Part shown: positions 1-8,935 of the stretch, one piece after another
Layout: each line of letters starts with the position of its first letter
How positions within the stretch are numbered: the first letter of the stretch is position 1
Assembly (NCBI RefSeq): GCF_006345805.1
Contig: NW_021823769.1
Span: 1-21,279 of the forward strand
Reading direction: 5' to 3'
DNA: 21,279 nt
Source of the DNA: Octopus sinensis
Lineage: Eukaryota
Made by a program: the position numbers and the translations under genes
Notes under the pieces: generated by a model
What the model saw: the letters and a program-made list of their open reading frames with translations, nothing else
The model's database searches: none
What the model was told of the DNA's origin: nothing

Positions 1-599
1 TAAGAGTCAATTAAATGCATGACTTGAAATAAGTATGGCCTTGAGCTTCCTTCAATTACATTTACATACAACAGAAGACGTTGATCTTTTGAATTTGCGT
101 GAATAATACTTAGAGAGATCTGAATTCTTTCAACAGATGTATCTTTTGTAGAAATTTCCATAAAATTTTATGATTTTAATTAGATTTATTCCAGTTTTCA
201 ATCTTGTTGCGGTGAAATTCAACAAACAACGTAAGTGTAAGACGTCATGGAAGAAAGGACCGAAATGGCAAAGTAGGTGAATGTAAGGATTCAAGCAACT
301 TCATTTATTTGAAATAAGTATGTGAACATACTTCATCTAATTCCTACAGTTACGGGAGGTTATAAGTATTCTTGTCACCGCAGTCCGTGTGGCGCACCAT
401 GAATTTCTCACTCGCATAACACCTCATGGTTGTTAAACAACTGTGCCTCCCCAGATAAACATGTATTCAAAAAAATTATTCAAACCTTTTTTTACTTACT
501 TAAGTACTTCTCTCTCTCTCTCTCTCTATGTATCATAGGCTGTCGACGTCTTTTTTCTACATTCTCATCTCTGAGCCTCTTTTTTTTTTTTTTTGCTTT

Positions 600-730
600 T
601 CTCCATCAATATCCCTGCTTTTTCAGCCCTACTCTGATCACGTCACACCTCTAACTATTTTAGGGCAACCTCTCTTCCGCCTCTCTCGTGGCTTCCACGT
701 TAGGGCCTGTTGTGTTATCTTCGTGGGTAG
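600..730 (-). mobile_element. Relic of an RTE-clade LINE ORF C-terminus
   Basis: ORF 638..859(-) contains ITQQALTWKPRERRKRGCPK, resembling the RTE C-terminal motif ITxQALxWNPxGKRxRGRP. After a frameshift it reads NS*RCDVIRVGLKKQGY*W, resembling NTWRR..ELKK.G..W. Family assigned from recalled motifs. Confidence 0.5.
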
Positions 731-835
731 AAGGAGAGTTTCGACATTGCCGTTTCTTTTCGGATTGTGGTGCACTTCATCATAAATAAGTTTCTCCGAG
801 AGAAACCATTCCCGCCCAGATATTAATTCGTTTCG

Positions 836-1297
836 TATTCTTTCATTTGTATCAGTCATTTAACTGCGACCATGCTGGAGCACCGCCTTGAAAGGTTTTA
901 GTTGAACAAATGGACTTCAGGACTTATTTTTTAATCCAAGTACTGTTTTGAGCCTACTACTTTTTAAGACTAGTATTTATTCTAGCGATCTCTTTTGCCG
1001 AACTGCTAGTTAACGAGAATGCAAACACGCCAACACCGATTGTCAAGTGGTGCTGGTGGTGCTGGCAGAGGGAGAAACAAAGACACAAAGACGCACACAT
1101 AGATACACACACATACACACATATGTATGTATGACGGGATTCTTTCAGCTTCCGTTTACCAAATTCACTCACAAGGTTTTTGGTCCACCCGAGGGTATAC
1201 TAGAAGGCATTTGCCGCAGGTACCAAGCAGTTGAACCGAACTCAAAACGATGTGGTTGGGAAGCAAGATTCTTACCAGGCAGCCACGCCTGCGCCTA
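836..1297 (-). mobile_element. tRNA-derived SINE, family 1, near full length
   Basis: The reverse strand starts AGGCGCAGGCGTGGCTGCCTGGTAAGAATCTTGC (A-box-like head), then a body, an internal (CA)/(TA) microsatellite, and a 3' half ending ...GACTGATACAAATGAAAGAATA. Homologous to 1541-1747, 4020-4235, 8936-9082 and 9822-10033. Confidence 0.85.
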
Positions 1298-1540
1298 GCT
1301 TTTTACCACGCGTAACTTTGCTTTTTTTTCTCTTGATAAGCGTGTTTGTCCTACGCAAACCCATTTTTAACTCTGGAGAAAATGGGTCACATATTAGTCT
1401 TTCCTCTAACCTTTGTCCTGTCCAGTAAGGGATACCTTCCTGGGAGGTTACGGTCTGCTGGCATAGTTCTCAACGTTATTGAAGCACATAATGCAACCAG
1501 GATCAGACCTTGTGGTAGATATTATCTAGACACAAAGATA

Positions 1541-1743
1541 TAGGCGGTGTGGCTATGTGGTAAGAATCTTGCTTCACAACCACACGGTTCTGGGTTCAGT
1601 CGCACTGCGTGGTACCTTGGGCAAGAGTCATCAACTATTGCCTCGAGTCGACCAAAGCCTTTTGAGTGGATTTGGTAAACTGAAAGAAACCCGTCATACA
1701 TACATACGTACATACATAAATTCTTATACATACACACACACAC

Positions 1744-1747
<4 letters not shown>
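1541..1747 (+). mobile_element. SINE family 1, 5' half
   Basis: A-box-like TGGCTATGTGG and B-box-like GGTTCAGTCGC, then CCTTGGGCAAG...GAGTGGATTTGGTAAACTGAAAGAAACCCGTC. It is an inverted homolog of about 1130-1297 and ends in a (TACA)/(CA) tract. Confidence 0.8.

Positions 1748-1794
<47 letters not shown>
1748..1794. repeat. (TAA)n microsatellite upstream of LINE
   Basis: Direct reading. Confidence 0.95.
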
Positions 1795-1796
<2 letters not shown>

Positions 1797-2931
1797 GAAA
1801 ACTACTATAAAATAACCACCTGGAAAACTACTATAAAATAACCACCATAGGACTGCAAAAATATCTACTTCAGAAGGAAGGAAAACTGATCCAGATAGCG
1901 GCAAAACACGAGCAAAACAAAAAACTGTTCTCAGTATTTAAGGAAGCTGACAAATACAAACAAGAAATCATACCACCTAATAAACATGAAGAAGAAGAAG
2001 AAGAAGATGAAGAACACAACAAAAGCTATAAAACAAATGAAATCCAAACTGAAAATAGAACAGCAACGAACCATGATAAACGATGGCAAGAAAAGCCCCT
2101 TCATGGTAAATACTGGACTAAACTAAACGCAAAAGAAATAGACAAAGAAAAATCCCAGCAATGGTTGAGAAGCTCAGGACTCAAAGCAGAAACAGAGGAT
2201 TTTTATTGCAGCACAAGACCAAAGCCTCCCCACCAGAATTACCAAAAACATGTAATGAAAAGAAATATTACAAGTAACTGCAGAATATGTGGAGATGGAC
2301 AAGAAACAATAATCATATTATCTCTAGCTGCCCAGTCTTGGCTAAGAAGGAATATATTCACAGACATGACAGAGTTGGAACCTACATACATTGGAAGCTA
2401 TGCCAACATTATGGAATAACAACAAAAAAAGATGGTATAAGGCACACACCAGAAAAGGTCACAGAAAACGAGAAAGCAACCATACTCTGGGATATGCCGA
2501 TACACACAGATAGAGAAATTAGGCCAACAGACCAGATATAGTTGTCAGAGATCATGAAGAAAAAAAATGCTTTCTAATTGATGTATCAATACCGGCTGAT
2601 GACAACGTGTCTCTAAAAGAAATGGAGAAACTCAAATACAAAGACCTGGAATAGAGGTAACTAGAATGTGGAATCTGAAAACAGAACAATTCCTATCATA
2701 GTAGGTGCGTTAGGCATGATAAAAAATATTCAGACAAATACATAACAAAAACACCAGGACTTACAAACACATATACATACAGAAAATTGCACTACTAGGC
2801 ACTGCACACATCCTACGCAACACTTTCCATACAATAACCATCAGAGCATCACAACAAATCACAGCACATACCCAAGGCACACAGAGCTGTACTCGGTAGT
2901 GAAGTGAAAGCACGCTATAAAAATAAAACTA

Positions 2932-2934
<3 letters not shown>
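1795..2934 (+). mobile_element. 5'-truncated R4/Dong-like RLE non-LTR retrotransposon, family D1, frameshifted
   Basis: Stitched frames give WQEKPLHGKY..WLRSSGLKAETE..CRICGDGQETI.HIISSCPVLAKKEYIHRHDRVGTYIHWKLC..ILWDMPIHTDREI..RPDIVV..LIDVSIPADDNVSLKEMEK..KYKDL..IVGALGMIK..QKIALLGTAHILR. This is a CCHC knuckle, RHD motif and PD-(D/E)xK RLE. A short 3' UTR is followed by (TAA)n. Clade assigned from motif and target similarity. Confidence 0.9.
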
Positions 2935-2974
<40 letters not shown>

Positions 2975-3054
2975 TAATAATAATAATAATATAATAATAA
3001 TCAATATGCTCGGTAGTGAAGTGAAAGCACGCTATAAAAATAAAAATAAAACTA

Positions 3055-3109
<55 letters not shown>

Positions 3110-3133
3110 TAATAATAATAATAATAATAATAA

Positions 3134-3164
<31 letters not shown>

Positions 3165-3171
3165 AAGAAGA
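2935..3171. repeat. (TAA)n tracts grading into (GAA)n
   Basis: Direct reading; interrupted by 3001-3057. Confidence 0.95.
3008..3057 (+). mobile_element. Isolated 50-bp 3' terminus of the D1 LINE family
   Basis: GCTCGGTAGTGAAGTGAAAGCACGCTATAAAAATAAAAATAAAACTACTG matches about 2891-2934, with (TAA)n on both sides. Confidence 0.85.
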
Positions 3172-3350
3172 ATGTGGGAGTGCCATAACAGTAGTCTGTT
3201 GAATGGTCAGCTGCGCTGACCCACAGTTGATGGTAACAGTTGCCCTTCAATTCATGAAAATATTTCTTTTGAATGTTTTGTTTATGAAATTTGTGTAGGT
3301 GTTATTCTAAATAGCATTAGTGATAAAGTTAGGAAGGAGAAGGAAGGAGA

Positions 3351-3455
3351 CGAAGAAGAAAAGAAGAAGAAGAAGAAGAAGAAGAAGAAGAAGAAGAAGA
3401 AGAAGAAGAAGAAGAAGAAGAAGAAGAAGAAGAAGAAGAAGAAGAAGAAGAAGAA
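3351..3455. repeat. (GAA)n microsatellite
   Basis: Direct reading. Confidence 0.95.
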
Positions 3456-3534
3456 AGAGAAGGGAGAATAGGAAGGAATGTATATAGTGTGAAAGTAGTA
3501 AGGTGTTAAATGTTTAAATATATATATATATATA

Positions 3535-3743
3535 CAGGGTATCCCAGAAGTCCGCACCATTCTGGTTTTCATAAAAAATTATTAAAACAATTAATTTTAT
3601 TATATTTTCTCGGCATGTTTTATTGTAGAAGGTGCTCAATTTGAGCATTTGTTATGGATTAATTGCAATAACGCGTTCTTGAAATCAGTTAAGGGTGTGG
3701 TCTTTTAAAAAACCACGTGGTGCGCAACTTCTGGGGAACCCTG
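3535..3743. mobile_element. Tc1/mariner-type MITE, 209 bp
   Basis: Left TIR CAGGGTATCCCAGAAGTCCGCACCA (3535-3559) versus right TIR reverse complement CAGGGTTCCCCAGAAGTTGCGCACCA (3718-3743), 22/26 aligned. TA on both flanks within (TA)n; no ORF. Confidence 0.85.
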
Positions 3744-3781
3744 TATATATTATATATATAATATATATAATATATATATAT

Positions 3782-3812
<31 letters not shown>

Positions 3813-3822
3813 ATATATATAA

Positions 3823-4010
3823 TCATCATCATCATCATCGTTAACGCCCGCTTTCCATGCTAGCATGGTTTGGACTGTTCAACTGGGGTCTGGGAAGCCA
3901 GAAGGCTGCACCAGGCCCAGTCTGATCTGGCAATGTTTCTACGGCTGGATGCCCTCCCTAACGCCAACCACTCCGTGAGTGTAGTGGGTGCTTTTTACGT
4001 GCCACCGGCA
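3823..4010 (-). mobile_element. 3' fragment of a SINE with an RTE-related tail and (ATG)n end
   Basis: The reverse strand carries GTTGGCGTTAGGGAGGGCATCC, resembling a motif shared by RTE UTRs and RTE-mobilised SINEs. It ends ...GCGGGCGTTAACGATGATGATGATG. Family call is from recall. Confidence 0.6.
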
Positions 4011-4019
4011 TATATATAT

Positions 4020-4235
4020 ATATGTATGTCTTTGTGAGTGTGTGTTCCTCATCACTGCCTGTCAACAACTGTTGGTGTATTTACGTCCCCGTAATCATAG
4101 CGGTTCGGCAAAAGAGAACGATAGAATAGGTATAAGGCTTAAGCTTAATAAGTAAGTCCTAGTGTCCAGGCGGTGCTCCAGCATAGCCGCAGTCAAATAA
4201 ATGACTGAAACAAGTCAAAGAATAAAAGAATAAAA
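4020..4235 (+). mobile_element. SINE family 1, 3' half
   Basis: TTTACGTCCCCGTAATCATAGCGGTTCGGCAAAAGAGAACGATAG...GGCGGTGCTCCAGCATAGCCGCAGTCAAAT...GACTGAAACAAGTCAAAGAATAAAAGAATA; inverted homolog of 8936-9082 and 9822-10033. Confidence 0.8.
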
Positions 4236-4434
4236 TTTCCTAATTTGAAGAAGGCACGCGGATCATCTGGTTTGCCGACCATTTTCTGCTAATCTGAGAG
4301 TCCCATGTCATATGACTGACAGTAATACCGATATCCGTAAACAGCAAAAAAAAAAAAAAAAATCGATGACGAAGGAATTTTCAGATTATAATCAATAACT
4401 GCACTAAGTAACGTACTATATAACTACAACTAAG

Positions 4435-4461
<27 letters not shown>

Positions 4462-4465
<4 letters not shown>

Positions 4466-4579
4466 AGTAAAAGAAGAAAATGCTGACAAAATAATTTAAG
4501 TAATTTAAGTAATTTAATTAGGTCAGCATTTTCATTTGTCAGCATTTTCATTTGTCAGCATTTTCTTCTTTTACTCTTT
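4462..4579. repeat. Perfect 29-bp inverted repeat with a tandem-repeat spacer
   Basis: AAAGAGTAAAAGAAGAAAATGCTGACAAA (4462-4490) is the exact reverse complement of 4551-4579. Confidence 0.9.
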
Positions 4580-4617
4580 TTATATATCACAACTCTGTTC
4601 CACATCTCCTTTTTTAA

Positions 4618-4876
4618 ATATATATATATATATATACATACATAGATATATACATATATATATATATACATACATAGATATATATATATACATATACATA
4701 TATATATATACATACATACATATACATATATACATATATAACATATATATGCACACACGTATATATACATACACACGTACGGACGTGTGCATATATATAT
4801 ATATTTTGGTGCATATGTATTCATATATTCATACATATACATGTGCATATTCAGGCATGTGTGTATATATGCATTT

Positions 4877-4960
<84 letters not shown>

Positions 4961-5212
4961 ATAGATTTGTAAACATATAACTATATATATAACTAGAAAG
5001 AAACATTATTTCTAAATCTCTCAAAGAAAAATCAGTAACAGTTCTATAATATATATACCCACGTGTGTATGCATGTATGTATGTATGTATGTATGTATAT
5101 ATATGTATGTATGTATGATGTATGTATGTATGTATGTATGTATTTATGTATGTATGTATGTATGTATATATGTTATATATATATATATATTATATATATA
5201 TATATATATATA
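4618..5212. repeat. Compound (TA)/(CATA)/(TATG) microsatellite blocks
   Basis: Direct reading; source of the spurious YI/IY ORFs. Confidence 0.9.
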
Positions 5213-5954
5213 ATACAACTATAACATCCGCTGTGAAGCAAATTAAAAACTTTTGGCAATGAATAACATAAAATAAATAAATAGATAAATAAAAAATACT
5301 TAAATAAACTTAAATAAAACATAGCAGAATGAAAATAGTTAATTATTTCACTTGACAAGAATTTAGATAGATTTCGTGTATTAAACGAAAAATCGTGAAA
5401 TTTTGACCTGATGTAGCAATACGATAACTGGATATGTTTAACATTGATTGAGAAGCAATTTAAATCTATCGATTGCTTTGACAGATAATACAGCAAATCG
5501 ATCGACCGACTAAGAACTGCATAATAATTACTTTACGCCAGTCTTTCGCCGGAATGTGGTGGGTGTGCGCGTATGTGGTTATGTATCCATCAGTGTGTTT
5601 AAGTGTGAGTGGTTGTGTATGTATGTGTGTACTCAGATCTTACAAGGGTCGCCATTTCCTTTCATGTTTACAAATGTACTCAAACAACATATACCAGTCA
5701 TAGTAGGGTTGGATAAGGTTAATAGAATCGAATATATTCTATCGTTATTGTCCCCCACATATATACACACATCCACACAATTGCAAAAAAACAAAACAAA
5801 ACAAAAACAAAAACAATTCACTTTCGATTAATAAAAGGAAATTGAAATCAATTTTCTTCAGATGTTCATTATGAAAAAAACAACAACAAAAAACAAAAAA
5901 CAAAACAGAGACTTAAAGAAGTGAATTATTATTTTATATGGAAAATTATGAGTG

Positions 5955-6012
5955 TGTGTATATATATACATATATGTATATATATATATATACATATATA
6001 TGTATATATATA

Positions 6013-6074
<62 letters not shown>

Positions 6075-6330
6075 TATATATATATATATATTATTATTTA
6101 TTAGTATAATGATATCGTTATATATATATATTTTAATCCAAACGGGAAAACAAAAAAAACAACAACACGTGGAACAATTACAGTATTATTATTAATAGGC
6201 GCTCAGGAAAGATGGAAGCATATATATATATATAATATATATATATATATTATTTATTAGTAAATGATTCGTTATATATATATATATATATATTAATATA
6301 TATATAATATATTTATAAACGATATCATTA
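5955..6330. repeat. (TA)n-rich region with short unique inserts
   Basis: Direct reading. Confidence 0.85.
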
Positions 6331-6575
6331 TTAATAAATAATAACAATAATAATAATGCCATCAGGCATTAAAGGCAAACAAGCAAATTCATGAATATGT
6401 AATTAATTATTAATTATAATTCAGGGTAGACGAATTACCAGCATTGCTAGAAATAAGAGTCGAAAAATACTCAGATAAGTCACCATTTCGCTGAAAATTC
6501 AACAGGCTGACGAAAATCGAGGAACGAGTAAAATCTGACGTACCAATGCGGCTGAAAGCCACAAATGAGGATCAC

Positions 6576-6640
6576 AGACATATCTATATCACGTGATTTC
6601 GAACTTAGAGATATTTCGCTTAATTCTCATCAGCAGGTCT
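6576..6640 (-). ncRNA. Candidate type I hammerhead ribozyme
   Basis: Minus strand: AGAC CUG | CUGAUGA | GAAUUAAGCGA-AAUA-UCUCUAAGUUC | GAAA | UCA-CG-UGA | UA^ | UAG AUAU GUCU. Core is intact. Stem II has 9 of 11 positions paired with a G10.1-C11.1 closure. Stem I is 3 bp, a 4-nt bulge, then 4 bp. Confidence 0.55.
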
Positions 6641-6683
6641 CGCTGTTGCCATAGGTTAAATTTATACTCGCTTCAGAGATACA

Positions 6684-6684
<1 letters not shown>

Positions 6685-6725
<41 letters not shown>

Positions 6726-6732
6726 TATATAT

Positions 6733-6782
<50 letters not shown>

Positions 6783-6786
6783 TATA

Positions 6787-6819
<33 letters not shown>

Positions 6820-6845
6820 CTATATATATATATACATATATATAT
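6685..6845. repeat. (TA)n microsatellite
   Basis: Direct reading. Confidence 0.95.
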
Positions 6846-7052
6846 ACGGAAAGTTTACGAAAAAAGCAAAAGACGAAGACAGGTGGTGTACAAAACAAAC
6901 AGATGTATTAGTATAACGCTCAGGAATAGAAAAAGTCTTTTACGTTTCGAGCCTACGCTCTTCTACAGAAAGGGGCACAGAAAAAACAAGGAGAGAAAAA
7001 AATGTGTGTAGTGGCTAACGATCTATCATGGCGACTAGGGCCGGACAGATGC
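6846..7052 (-). mobile_element. Putative Penelope-like-element (PLE) terminal fragment with a minimal HHR-like motif, inside (TA)n
   Basis: Minus strand CUUU CUGUAGA A GAGC-GUAG-GCUC GAAA C GUA^ AAAG (6972-6937) matches the CUGANGA-A-stem-GAAACGUH pattern seen at PLE termini. No PLE ORF is present in the window. Confidence 0.45.
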
Positions 7053-7055
7053 ATA

Positions 7056-7086
<31 letters not shown>

Positions 7087-7399
7087 TAAGATGGCAGCGA
7101 GCGGAAGTATCTAACTGGGTGATATCGTCCATCAGACACGCACAATTATATGCATGATTTAATTTGCATAACAAATAACAAATATTTAGATCTCAACGTA
7201 TATTCCTGTTTGTCCAAAAGGAAGACTGTGAGGAGTATTCTTATTACCATCGAATTTCATTTGGCTGGACTCCGCAGTTGGATAAGTTCGATAAAATTAT
7301 TATAACTGTTTATCATTGTTACTGAATGTACGTTAGATGATACAGTGAATATTTTATGAACAAATTCTGCGATCTTATTTTGCTTTCTACATACACACA

Positions 7400-7433
7400 C
7401 ACATACAAGCATATATATATATATATATATATA

Positions 7434-7467
<34 letters not shown>

Positions 7468-7641
7468 CATATATATATATACATATATATATATATATGT
7501 TATATATTTATGTTGTATTATATATATATGTATATATATATATGTATGTATATATGTATATATATATATTGTAATACAACATATATATATATATATACAA
7601 TATTATATATACAACATAATATATAATACATGCATACATAT

Positions 7642-7673
<32 letters not shown>

Positions 7674-7689
7674 CAACATATATATATGC

Positions 7690-7720
<31 letters not shown>

Positions 7721-7835
7721 CAACATATATATACATATATACATTATATATACATACATATATATACAATCATATTATATATATATATATATATATATAT
7801 ACTATGTATATATATAATAATATATATATATATAC

Positions 7836-7884
<49 letters not shown>

Positions 7885-8058
7885 GCTCGTTGTGTCTGGG
7901 GAGAATCATTCTCTTTCAGTGCATTATAATTTAACACACACTCTCCCAGCCAACTCAGCAGAATATGCTTCAACACACTAACTCACATAAAGAATCTTGT
8001 AAACCAAATCCAACAACGATATATATGTATATATATATATCTTTATATATATATATAT

Positions 8059-8120
<62 letters not shown>

Positions 8121-8170
8121 TGTGTATGTTTGTGACTATGTGCCTGTGTGTCTGTGTGTGTATGTTCAAA
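7400..8170. repeat. Long degenerate (TA)/(CATA) and (TG)n microsatellite blocks
   Basis: Direct reading. Confidence 0.9.
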
Positions 8171-8233
8171 TTATTATTTATTCTAGATTTTTCATATTTT
8201 ATAATTACTTGTGTTTTTTTTTCTTAGCGTAAG

Positions 8234-8547
8234 TTTGGAACAATAAAGTTCCGAAGTTCCTATTCGATATTTCCTGACCTTTACAAGACAAATTTCAAGA
8301 ATTCAATAGACTTGGCGTCTATGCTGTTCCTTATATACTTGTTGAATTAATGGAGAATTTGTCCACCAATGCCAGACTACCGATGTAGAAACCTAACGGT
8401 GAAAAGACTTTTGGCGAAAAGTCGACATAAATTTAACAAGTATATAAGAAACAACGTAGAGAACAAGAAAACCTTTCAATTCTCCAAAATGAGAGTGTGT
8501 AGGTCTGGAAATGTCAAACAGGAATTTCGGAACTCCATTGTTCCAAA
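8234..8547. mobile_element. Diverged foldback (palindromic) element, about 314 bp
   Basis: Outer arms 8234-8280 and 8501-8547 match at 40/47. An inner pair (CTTATATACTTGTT at about 8330-8343 and AACAAGTATATAAG at about 8434-8447) lies in the same register. Confidence 0.75.
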
Positions 8548-8621
8548 ATTCCATGTATTTAAGGAAACAAGTATGAAAGAAAGGCTATACATGGCGTGTA
8601 TATATATATAATATATATATA

Positions 8622-8689
<68 letters not shown>

Positions 8690-8912
8690 GGCATCCTTTT
8701 GTCTCTCTGGAGACAATAGCATAAACTAATCCAGTCTGGTTTTTACATTTCATGTCCTCTCCAGTTTTGTACATGTCTGGGCCAGATGTAAGAAAATCCT
8801 GGGTAGCCCAATCGACAGGGTTCCTCTCTCGATCTTGCTGACGTAGTTCAAAGGAATGCAGTGCATTATGTTTGGCATTACTCTTCCGGCAGCTCCTGCA
8901 ACCAAGCTGGTG
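8690..8912 (-). mobile_element. Short RTE-derived bipartite element (5'-UTR-like piece joined to an RTE 3' end)
   Basis: The reverse strand begins TTACATTTGGCACCAGCTTGGTTGCAGGAGCTGCCGGAAG and ends ATTGTCTCCAGAGAGACAAAAGGATGCC. These resemble BovB/RTE 5' UTR and 3' terminal motifs as I recall them. Confidence 0.5.
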
Positions 8913-8935
8913 CCAAATGTAATATATATATATAT

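Noticed and set aside
1427-1515. Branch point plus acceptor (CTCTAAC...TCCAG) before an open frame KGYLPGRLRSAG...
   Set aside because: No convincing donor and no recognisable homology.
2594-2620. CTGATGA followed later by GAAA
   Set aside because: Lies in LINE coding sequence (ADDNV) and no stem II can form.
1748-3171. Repeat-spacer-repeat look of (TAA)n blocks as a CRISPR-like array
   Set aside because: These are simple trinucleotide tracts separated by LINE sequence in eukaryotic DNA; no cas genes or uniform spacers.
4245-4285. TTGAAGA-A-GGCA...TGCC-GACC
   Set aside because: GAAA is absent and C3 is uncompensated; no stems I or III.
4536-8169. Many ORFs rich in YI/IY, HT and CV
   Set aside because: Translations of (TA)n, (CA)n and (TATG)n microsatellites.
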